This document shows positions 56,892 through 64,000 of a DNA stretch of 64,000 nt, piece after piece; the stretch's first letter is position 1, and every line of letters begins with the position of its first letter. The position numbers and the translations under genes are program-made. A model generated the notes under the pieces. It worked only from the letters and a program-made list of their open reading frames with translations, searched no databases and was not told where the DNA came from. Location of the stretch: IMG/VR virus record IMGVR_UViG_3300046660_000716, positions 1 to 64,000 of that record, one strand, 5' to 3'.

Positions 56892-57118
56892 GCCTCAACG
56901 GCTTCGTCAACCAGCCCGTCACCGTCCGCGTGAACGGGGTCGACTGGCACCTCTTCGACATCCAGTTCGAAACGCCGGACGGCACCTACAGCGTCTACAT
57001 GTACGCGATCAGCGACGAGCACGCCCGCCTGATGCTTGCGGACCTCAAGCTCAACGGCAAAGTCACGGGCCAGGTCCTGGGCTCCATGCCCGCGGACGGC
57101 GACCCACTCTCACTCTAA
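56888..57118 (+). CDS. hypothetical protein
   Basis: GTGA coupling; 76 aa. Confidence 0.6.
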   Translation: MSLNGFVNQPVTVRVNGVDWHLFDIQFETPDGTYSVYMYAISDEHARLMLADLKLNGKVTGQVLGSMPADGDPLSL

Positions 57119-57131
57119 CCAAGGCAATCCA

Positions 57132-59027
57132 ATGATCGATCTGAAGAACAAGGCCAGCATCGTTGCGGCACTGGCCGCCGTGCTCTCCGAGGCGAACCAC
57201 GTCATCATCCATGTCCGCACCATGCGCCAGGGCTCGCAGACGCTGACCTTCAACGAGACCATCAAGGACTTCGAGGTCCAGTACCCGTCTGACCTGCTGG
57301 CCTACGCCATGGTCGTCGCCTACGACGACGTGCGCCAATACGGCATCTCGCGCGGCGACGGCCGCCCGTTTATCGAGCAGCGCGTGATGGGCGAGGTGCG
57401 CGAGCGCCTACTGAACTGGATCAAGGACGCCGACCGCGCTGGCCTCGTGGCGCCGGGAACGTCCGGCTACCAAGCCGCGCTGAGCGCCGTGGACGGCGCC
57501 TTGGTCGTGGCGGTGCAGCTGCCCTCGTACGGCCTGGAGCACGACAGCAACGACGTCTGGCTGATCTCCAGTAGCAAGGCCGCGCTGGATGCACACGGCA
57601 CTCACTACAGCCACGGCCTGCTACCGATTCCGGTCTCGCCCCGCGACGCCGACGCACCGGATTACTCGACGTTCAGGGCGCCGACCCAGACCATCCAGGA
57701 GCCGCGCAAGGAGCGCCGCACGCACGTTCGCGGCGAGACCGTGGAAGTTCCGGTTCCCCTGCTGGCCAACACCAGGAAGAGCGACCGCACGATCAACGAC
57801 ATCATCGGTATTCCAGTCAAGCCGGGCATGACGCCCGAGCAAGCGCGCACCGCCCGCATCATGGACGCCATGAACACACAGGCCGGCGCGTTCCTCGACC
57901 GTGTGGGTCCGTTCCGCATGCGTTCCGCGCCGTTCATGCTGCGCGACATGTTTGCCGACGAGGAGTTCTCCGGCGCCGTCATGGCGCTGATCGACGGCGC
58001 ACCGCCCAAGGAGCCGACGGCCTACGACATCTCCTACATCCAGGACGAGCTCGGTCTGGAGACCTCCGAGGTGCTCCCGCCGGCTGATCTGGTGGCAGAG
58101 ATCCGCCGCCTGCGCCATGTGGAGGAGAGCTACGTCGCTATGACGGCGAAGTCGGATCCCGAGCCGGAGGTCCACGCGCCGACCGCGCGCAAGCGCTACG
58201 CCCACCGCAGCGGCTCGATGGGCGGCGGCGTCATCTACCACGAGTTCGACGGCGGCCAGCAGTACAACGTCCTCTGGACGGGCGGCGTTGAGATGCCCGG
58301 CCCGGACGGCGAGTACGACCAGGAGGACATCGACCGCTTCGTGGCCGAGGGCACCTGGATCGAGGTGCCGGTGACGTCCTGCGACAGCACGGCGCTGTAC
58401 GAGCACTTCTGCTCCTTCGCGTGGGGCCGCAACTACCGGCAGCTGTCGAGCCACATGCGGGCGCAGATGTACGATCGCGCCGTGGCGTTCATCGACAACA
58501 TCAAGCTGGCCCCGCCCAAGCTCAACGAGGGCGAGAAGGCCCCCATCCGCGAGCTGGCGCTGGCCTGCGGCTTCAAGCTGAAGGACCAGGGCAACGGCGT
58601 CGCCGACCTGAACCCGTACGTGTACGAGTTCGCCGCGCGCCTGATGTCCGGCTCGTCCGGCACCGACTTCCAGAGCCGCGCTCGCCCGTGGCTGGTGGCC
58701 TGCTTCGGCGAGGCCCAGCTGTCGGACACCCACAACCGCAGCGATCGCTTCATGGAGGAGGCGGCCGAGCTGTACCAGGCCCGCGGAGGGAACCTGGCGG
58801 ACTACATCATCCTGGGACAGTACGTCTTCGGCCGCCCGGTTGGCCAGACGTCCCAGGAGGTCGGCGGCGTGATGCTGACGCTGGCCTGCCTGTGCCTGAA
58901 CGAGGGCATCAATATGCACGACTGCGCCGACACCGAGCTGGCTCGCGTGTGGGGCAAGCTGGAGGTCATCCGTCAGAAGGACGCCCAGCGCATCGCCGGC
59001 CAGCCCCTCCCGGGCAGCGCCGAATAA
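57132..59027 (+). CDS. multidomain protein with C-terminal MazG-like (all-alpha NTP pyrophosphatase) domain
   Basis: FQSRARPWLVACFG...RFMEEAAELYQA...SQEVGGVMLTLACL. Confidence 0.6.
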   Translation: MIDLKNKASIVAALAAVLSEANHVIIHVRTMRQGSQTLTFNETIKDFEVQYPSDLLAYAMVVAYDDVRQYGISRGDGRPFIEQRVMGEVRERLLNWIKDADRAGLVAPGTSGYQAALSAVDGALVVAVQLPSYGLEHDSNDVWLISSSKAALDAHGTHYSHGLLPIPVSPRDADAPDYSTFRAPTQTIQEPRKERRTHVRGETVEVPVPLLANTRKSDRTINDIIGIPVKPGMTPEQARTARIMDAMNTQAGAFLDRVGPFRMRSAPFMLRDMFADEEFSGAVMALIDGAPPKEPTAYDISYIQDELGLETSEVLPPADLVAEIRRLRHVEESYVAMTAKSDPEPEVHAPTARKRYAHRSGSMGGGVIYHEFDGGQQYNVLWTGGVEMPGPDGEYDQEDIDRFVAEGTWIEVPVTSCDSTALYEHFCSFAWGRNYRQLSSHMRAQMYDRAVAFIDNIKLAPPKLNEGEKAPIRELALACGFKLKDQGNGVADLNPYVYEFAARLMSGSSGTDFQSRARPWLVACFGEAQLSDTHNRSDRFMEEAAELYQARGGNLADYIILGQYVFGRPVGQTSQEVGGVMLTLACLCLNEGINMHDCADTELARVWGKLEVIRQKDAQRIAGQPLPGSAE

Positions 59028-59055
59028 CAACACCCAACGCTAGAGGAATCGCAAC

Positions 59056-60108
59056 ATGAGTGAAAACAACGAGACCCAAACCCCGCAGGTTGTCGCTGCG
59101 TCGAGCCTGGGCACAGACCTGGACGTGGACGCTGTAACCGGCGCACCACCGGTGGCGGACACGACCGCCGACTCGCCGGCCCCGCTGACCCCGCCATACT
59201 ACTCGCCGGCCTGCATCCCGGACTTCATCACGTTCACCGGCGTGGACGCGTTCACCGACGTGAACGAGCTGATCGCCATCTCGAAGGACTACCCCGTCGA
59301 GTGGGGCGTCCTGTTCTCCCCGTCCCGCCAGGGCGCCGAGAACCGCTACCCACCGCTGAACGCCGTGCGCGAGATGCTGTACGGCGAGGCCGCCACCAGC
59401 CAGGAGGCCCACCACCTGCGCTTCGCCGCCCACCTGTGCGGCGACGATGCGAAGGCGCTGCTGGACGGCGGGACGTCGCCGCACGACGACATGATCGGCC
59501 GCGCGTTCCACCGGGTCCAGGTCAACACCACCTCCAAGCGGTTCTCCTACGATCCGCTGGCGACCTGGGGTCACGAGCTGGGCGTGGACGTCATCCTGCA
59601 GTGCCGCGGCGAGTTCCCGACAGGCGACGAGTCCCGCAAGCTGAAGTGGCTCTTCGATCTCTCCGGCGGCCGCGGGGCATCCCCGTCGCGCTGGCCCCGC
59701 CCGACCCACGACGACCGCTCGCGCCTGCTGGGCTTCGCCGGCGGCCTGAACCCGGACAACGTGCACCAGCACGCGATCGACATCGGCGGCTGGTCGCGCA
59801 GCTACTGGCTGGACATGGAGACCGGCGTCCGCGACGAGAACGATCGCTTCAGCCTGGAGAAGTGCCGCGCCGTGCTGATGGCCGTCTACGGTCCGATGGT
59901 CGACCGCGAGCCGGTCACGCCGGAAGTCGAGGTAGTGGATGCAACGACGGAGGAGTACGAGACCGACGAGCTCGGTGATCCAGTCACGTACCGCGCGATT
60001 GCCGGCACTCCGCCGGTGTACGACAACACGACCGTCACCACCACCGTGAACTCCGTGACGGGTCAGGTGTACACCACGTCCAACGTGGCTTCCGACCGGA
60101 GCTCCTGA
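59056..60108 (+). CDS. phosphoribosylanthranilate isomerase (TrpF)-like TIM-barrel protein
   Basis: TFTGVD, EWGVLFS, AAHLCG, RVQVN, LFDLSGGRG, GFAGGLNPDNV, WLDMETGVR. Confidence 0.75.
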   Translation: MSENNETQTPQVVAASSLGTDLDVDAVTGAPPVADTTADSPAPLTPPYYSPACIPDFITFTGVDAFTDVNELIAISKDYPVEWGVLFSPSRQGAENRYPPLNAVREMLYGEAATSQEAHHLRFAAHLCGDDAKALLDGGTSPHDDMIGRAFHRVQVNTTSKRFSYDPLATWGHELGVDVILQCRGEFPTGDESRKLKWLFDLSGGRGASPSRWPRPTHDDRSRLLGFAGGLNPDNVHQHAIDIGGWSRSYWLDMETGVRDENDRFSLEKCRAVLMAVYGPMVDREPVTPEVEVVDATTEEYETDELGDPVTYRAIAGTPPVYDNTTVTTTVNSVTGQVYTTSNVASDRSS

Positions 60109-60476
60109 TGGCCGACCAGACCGAACCGACTCAGCCGGTCGCCCGCACGGGCCACTGGCGCGCGATCCCGCTCCACGGCGGCGGCGCCGCGATCCTCGAC
60201 GAGGAGATGAGCGTGCTCATCGAAACGACGGCGGAGCGCGCCCAGACCCTCGCCCTGGTGCACAACTCGTTCATCGAGGGGGCGCCGGAGACCACCGTGC
60301 GCATCGCGCGCATGATGCTCTTCGGCGAGTTCATCAAGGAGTTCGAGGAGCGCGTCGCCAAGCTCGTGATGGGCAGCAACGACGAGCACATGCGCGAGTG
60401 GGAGAGCCGCGTCCGCAGCGTCACCAACGACATGCGCGACTACCTCCACAAGGGCGTCTCGGCGGAGATGGGCTGA
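60108..60476 (+). CDS. hypothetical protein
   Basis: TGATG coupling. Confidence 0.65.
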   Translation: MADQTEPTQPVARTGHWRAIPLHGGGAAILDEEMSVLIETTAERAQTLALVHNSFIEGAPETTVRIARMMLFGEFIKEFEERVAKLVMGSNDEHMREWESRVRSVTNDMRDYLHKGVSAEMG

Positions 60477-60829
60477 TGCACGACATCGAGAAGGAGAGGG
60501 CGAACCGGGAGGGCCTCGCCAGCCTGACCCGGATGTACGCCGCGCAGGACCGAGAGCGCACCGGCACCATGGTGAGCTTCGACGACAGCACCCACTGCAT
60601 GAAGATCCTGGACGACAGCTACGGCAAGCTGACCGTCCGGATCGGGTCGCTGAAGGACGGCAAGGCGGTGCACGTCGTCCGGTTCCGCAAGAAGCCGGGC
60701 ATGGGCGTGATCTACACGTTCAAGAGCTCGGTCAGGCTCAGCGACATCGCCATCGAGGCGGCTCAGATTGCGGCGCTGGAGCAGGAAGCCGTCCTGCACG
60801 ACGAAGCCGTCAAACACTACAGAACCTAG
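60476..60829 (+). CDS. hypothetical protein
   Basis: TGATG coupling. Confidence 0.65.
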   Translation: MHDIEKERANREGLASLTRMYAAQDRERTGTMVSFDDSTHCMKILDDSYGKLTVRIGSLKDGKAVHVVRFRKKPGMGVIYTFKSSVRLSDIAIEAAQIAALEQEAVLHDEAVKHYRT

Positions 60830-60841
60830 CAAGGAGAACCA

Positions 60842-61150
60842 ATGAACCACGAACTGAAGACCGATCCCGAAGTGTTCGGCGACGTGCTGCGCGGCGCGAA
60901 GGACTACGAGATCCGCCTGGACGACCGCGGCTTCGCGGTCGGGGACACGCTGCTGCTGCGCGAGACGCTGCACACCGGCGCCGAGATGCGCGCCGGCAAG
61001 CCGCTGGTGTACACGGGTCGCACCATCACCGAGACGGTCGGGCACATCCTGAAGGGCTACGGCCTGGCTGAGAACTGGGCGATCCTCAACTTCGCCGGCC
61101 GGATGCGCGTGAACGGCTCTGTCAGCATCGGTCCATCGGCGACGTCATGA
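60842..61150 (+). CDS. ASCH/PUA-like (DUF3850-type) protein
   Basis: HELKTDPEVFGDVLRGAKDYEIRLDDRGFAVGDTLLLRE. Confidence 0.8.
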   Translation: MNHELKTDPEVFGDVLRGAKDYEIRLDDRGFAVGDTLLLRETLHTGAEMRAGKPLVYTGRTITETVGHILKGYGLAENWAILNFAGRMRVNGSVSIGPSATS

Positions 61151-61632
61151 AAGTCGTATTTCCGGGCGTAGTGATTTCGCAGCTCTCAAGCGAGCTGAGA
61201 GCACTGTGCATTGATCGACACAAAGAGCCGACTCCGTCGCCGGAACACGGCTTCAGGTGCTGGCACGAGACCGATCCGATGCAGAGCGAAAATGTTCTCT
61301 TCTGTCGACAGCTGCTATCCATTGCTGCCGATCATCGGTATTTCAAGAGTACCGACGGACCCAAAGCTATGGACGTTCTACTTCGCTGGCTCTACCATGA
61401 CGAGACCCTCGATGAGATCGCGCTGCACCTCAACCTCTCGTACGTGCGCATCCGGCAGCTGCACATGAAGGCATTGAATACACTTAGGGGGATTGTGTAT
61501 CCGCTCCTGCGCGAGATCGACCATCCGACCGATGCGCCTCCTCCAGACAGGCCGGATCCGATGGAGCGGCAAGAACTGCGAATTCGTGAGATGAACGCAG
61601 AAATTCGGTATCGGGCGCGCCTCACCGATTGA
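61147..61632 (+). CDS. protein with sigma-70 region 4-like HTH
   Basis: YHDETLDEIALHLNLSYVRIRQLHMKALNTLR. Confidence 0.7.
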   Translation: MKVVFPGVVISQLSSELRALCIDRHKEPTPSPEHGFRCWHETDPMQSENVLFCRQLLSIAADHRYFKSTDGPKAMDVLLRWLYHDETLDEIALHLNLSYVRIRQLHMKALNTLRGIVYPLLREIDHPTDAPPPDRPDPMERQELRIREMNAEIRYRARLTD

Positions 61633-61639
61633 TTATCGC

Positions 61640-61666
61640 AAGAGGGGCTCCGGTCCCTCTTTTTTT
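61640..61666 (+). terminator. intrinsic terminator
   Basis: AAGAGGGGC-TCCG-GTCCCTCTT plus T run. Confidence 0.75.
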
Positions 61667-61694
61667 GACCGCTCGGCGCCGGGAACCAGCAAGA

Positions 61695-61722
61695 TTGACA
61701 CAGCGGCTCTGGCCCATATCAT
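61695..61722 (+). promoter_or_regulatory. sigma70-like promoter
   Basis: TTGACA-N16-TATCAT upstream of the topoisomerase gene. Confidence 0.6.
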
Positions 61723-61762
61723 GTCACCGTAGGAACCCGAAAAACCGATCAGAGGACGATCC

Positions 61763-64000
61763 ATGAGCAGCAAACAGAAGAAGAGTTACGAGGCGGAAGA
61801 CATCCAGACGCTGGAGATCATCGAGGCCATCCGCCTGCGCCCCGGCATGTATCTGGGCAGCGCGGACGACGACGGCGTGGCGGTGGCCACCCGCGAGGTG
61901 ATCGACAACGTGGTCGACGAGCACCTGAACGGCAACGGCGACGTCGTGCTGATCTCCATCAACGAGGAGACCGGCGTGATCTCAGTCGAGGACCGCGCTC
62001 GCGGCATCCCGGTCGAGGAGCACCCGCAGCACCCGGGCGTCTCCACGCTGGAGGCCGTCCTGACCAAAGCCCACACGGGCGGCAAGTTCGGCAAGAGTTA
62101 CGGCATCTCCGGCGGCCTGCACGGTACGGGTCTGAAAGCGGTCACCGCCACATCCACCCACCTCCGTGCCACCGTCTGGCGCAACGGCCTCGAGAGCGTC
62201 CTGGTGTTCAACAACGCCAAGATCGTCGCGCCGCTGGCGTCGACCCCGCTGCCGAAGTCCCAGGCCAAGCTGACCGGCACGCGCATCGAGTTCGTGCTGG
62301 ACAAGACCGTGTTCAAGGACGCCACCAGCCTGGTGCCGAACCGCGAGACCCTGCGCCGCATGCTCCGCGAGCGGGCGTACATCAACGCCGGCCTGACGCT
62401 GACGCTGAACTGGGCCGGGCAGCCGAGCGAGACCTTCTTCGAGCGCGACGGCATCGCGGCCTTCGCGGCCCACCTGGCTGACGGTAAGCAGATCTTCAAG
62501 AAGCCGTGCTACTTCCAGAACCCGGAAGACTCCGAGGTGCGCGTCGCGGTGGCCCTGGCCTGGACCTCCGGCTACGGTCGCGACAACGTGCAGGGCTTCA
62601 CCAACAGCGTGCGCCAGAGCGAGGGCGGTACCCACATCACCGGCCTGAAGATGGCTGTACCGCAGGTCATGCGCGCCTACGTCGAAGCGAACGGGATCTT
62701 GACTGGAAAGGACAAGGACCTGAAGATCGAGGCGCAGGACTTCTTCGAGGGCGTGATCGCGCTGGTGAGCATCCGCCACAAGTCGCCGGTCTTCAAGGGT
62801 CAGCACAAGGGCGGGCTGTCCAACACCGACGCCCAGGGCGCAGTGATCAAGGCGGTCAACACCGCGCTGGCGCAGTGGCTGGAGGAGAATCCGAAGGAGG
62901 CTCGCTCGGCCGCCCTTCGCGCGGTCGGTGCCGCCAAGGCCCGCATCGCCGCATCCAAGGCCCGCGAGGCCGTGCGCAAGAACGACGCCGGCACCTTCGG
63001 CATGAAGAACTTCGGCAAGCTGAAGGACTGCGCGTCCAAGGACCCGACCATCAACGAGCTCTTCCTGGTCGAGGGCGACTCCGCGGGCGGCAGCGCCAGC
63101 ATGGGCCGCAACCGCGAGACCCAGGCCATCTACGCCCTGCGCGGCAAGCCGCTCAACTCCTGGGAGGCCGACGCCAACCAGGTAATGAGCAACAACGAGC
63201 TGTCCGACCTGGCCGCCGCCGTGGGCACCGGCCTGTTCAACGACCAGATGACGCAGGAAGAGATCGATGAGCTGATGGCCAAGCTCCGGTACCACAAGAT
63301 CGTCATCCTGGCCGACGCCGACATCGACGGCTCGCACATCGACTGCCTGCTGAACGGCCACTTCTACAAGCACATGCTGCCGCTGATCGAGCGCGGTCAT
63401 ATCTACATCGGGCAGCCCCCGCTGTACCGCGTGACCGAGCGCGGCAAGCACACGTACCTGAAGGACGAGACGGCCCTGCGCGCGTTCTTCCGCAAGCGGG
63501 CCAAGGCGTCCATCGGGGACGACAAGGACCTGCTGGCCCTGGCCGGCGTCGCCACCCAGGTGCGCGGCGCGTTCGAGAAGGCCGCGTCCAGCGTCGGCGT
63601 GACCGCGGCGGACATCTCGCAGGCGTTCGAAGCGGTGATCAGCTACGACCAGAACCGCGAGGACTGGCTGATGGCGTTCGCCGAGCGGCTGGTGTCCATC
63701 CGCGAGCGCGACTGCGAGGCCGTGGAGGCGGGCATGCTGGAGAACGGCGCCGTCATCATGTCCGGCCTCGAACCGAGCGGGCGCTTCTTCACCACGGTGG
63801 TGAACGACGTGTTCTACGGCGCGGTGGCCGAGACGTGGAAGACCATCGGCGAGCTGATGGACGACGACTCCTTCGCGAACATCAACCACGGCGAGCCGCG
63901 CTCGATCGGCGAGCTGGTGTCGCGCGATCTCTTCCAGCTGGCCAAGGAGATCGAGCGTATCTCCACCAAGGGCATCTCCATCCAGCGCATCAAGGGGCTG
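61763..64000 (+). CDS. gyrB: type IIA topoisomerase / DNA gyrase subunit B, truncated by window edge
   Basis: read directly (absent from ORF track): IRLRPGMYLGS, EVIDN, HTGGKF, GGLHGTG, LFLVEGDSAGG, LRGKPLN, DADIDGSHI. Confidence 0.92.
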   Translation, partial: MSSKQKKSYEAEDIQTLEIIEAIRLRPGMYLGSADDDGVAVATREVIDNVVDEHLNGNGDVVLISINEETGVISVEDRARGIPVEEHPQHPGVSTLEAVLTKAHTGGKFGKSYGISGGLHGTGLKAVTATSTHLRATVWRNGLESVLVFNNAKIVAPLASTPLPKSQAKLTGTRIEFVLDKTVFKDATSLVPNRETLRRMLRERAYINAGLTLTLNWAGQPSETFFERDGIAAFAAHLADGKQIFKKPCYFQNPEDSEVRVAVALAWTSGYGRDNVQGFTNSVRQSEGGTHITGLKMAVPQVMRAYVEANGILTGKDKDLKIEAQDFFEGVIALVSIRHKSPVFKGQHKGGLSNTDAQGAVIKAVNTALAQWLEENPKEARSAALRAVGAAKARIAASKAREAVRKNDAGTFGMKNFGKLKDCASKDPTINELFLVEGDSAGGSASMGRNRETQAIYALRGKPLNSWEADANQVMSNNELSDLAAAVGTGLFNDQMTQEEIDELMAKLRYHKIVILADADIDGSHIDCLLNGHFYKHMLPLIERGHIYIGQPPLYRVTERGKHTYLKDETALRAFFRKRAKASIGDDKDLLALAGVATQVRGAFEKAASSVGVTAADISQAFEAVISYDQNREDWLMAFAERLVSIRERDCEAVEAGMLENGAVIMSGLEPSGRFFTTVVNDVFYGAVAETWKTIGELMDDDSFANINHGEPRSIGELVSRDLFQLAKEIERISTKGISIQRIKGL

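Noticed and set aside
1-64000. CRISPR array, tRNA or rRNA genes, IS elements
   Set aside because: No regularly spaced direct repeats, cloverleaf with T-loop consensus, or transposase/integrase recognised by eye; a tRNAscan/Infernal run is still advisable

Overview
This window is a gene-dense, high-GC segment of a large (jumbo) tailed-phage genome, most likely a myovirus of a Gram-negative host because it encodes an embedded spanin pair. It carries a split multisubunit RNA polymerase beta-prime N-terminal subunit (Zn finger plus DxDGD), DnaB-like and RecD/Dda-like helicases, an SbcD/Mre11-like nuclease and a GyrB-type topoisomerase subunit that runs off the right edge. Virion and lysis functions include an endolysin-holin-spanin cassette, baseplate spike/PAAR/wedge genes and tail fibres. 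The most striking element is a tightly coupled cluster (about 6.3-12.5 kb) that appears to encode a complete phage ubiquitin-like conjugation system: a large protein with a C-terminal E2-like HxN-x6-VC site, a ThiF/E1-like adenylase without an obvious catalytic Cys, a candidate beta-grasp modifier ending in ...LTAA, and a JAB/MPN protease. Also notable are three Ser/Thr-rich Kelch-like propeller paralogs interleaved with glycosyltransferases, a structured ~270-nt intergenic RNA candidate, a dispersed CCATGCC/GGCATGG hairpin family, a short PolB-palm-like protein and several apparently inactivated enzyme folds. All assignments come from motif recognition by eye; no searches or folding calculations were run.
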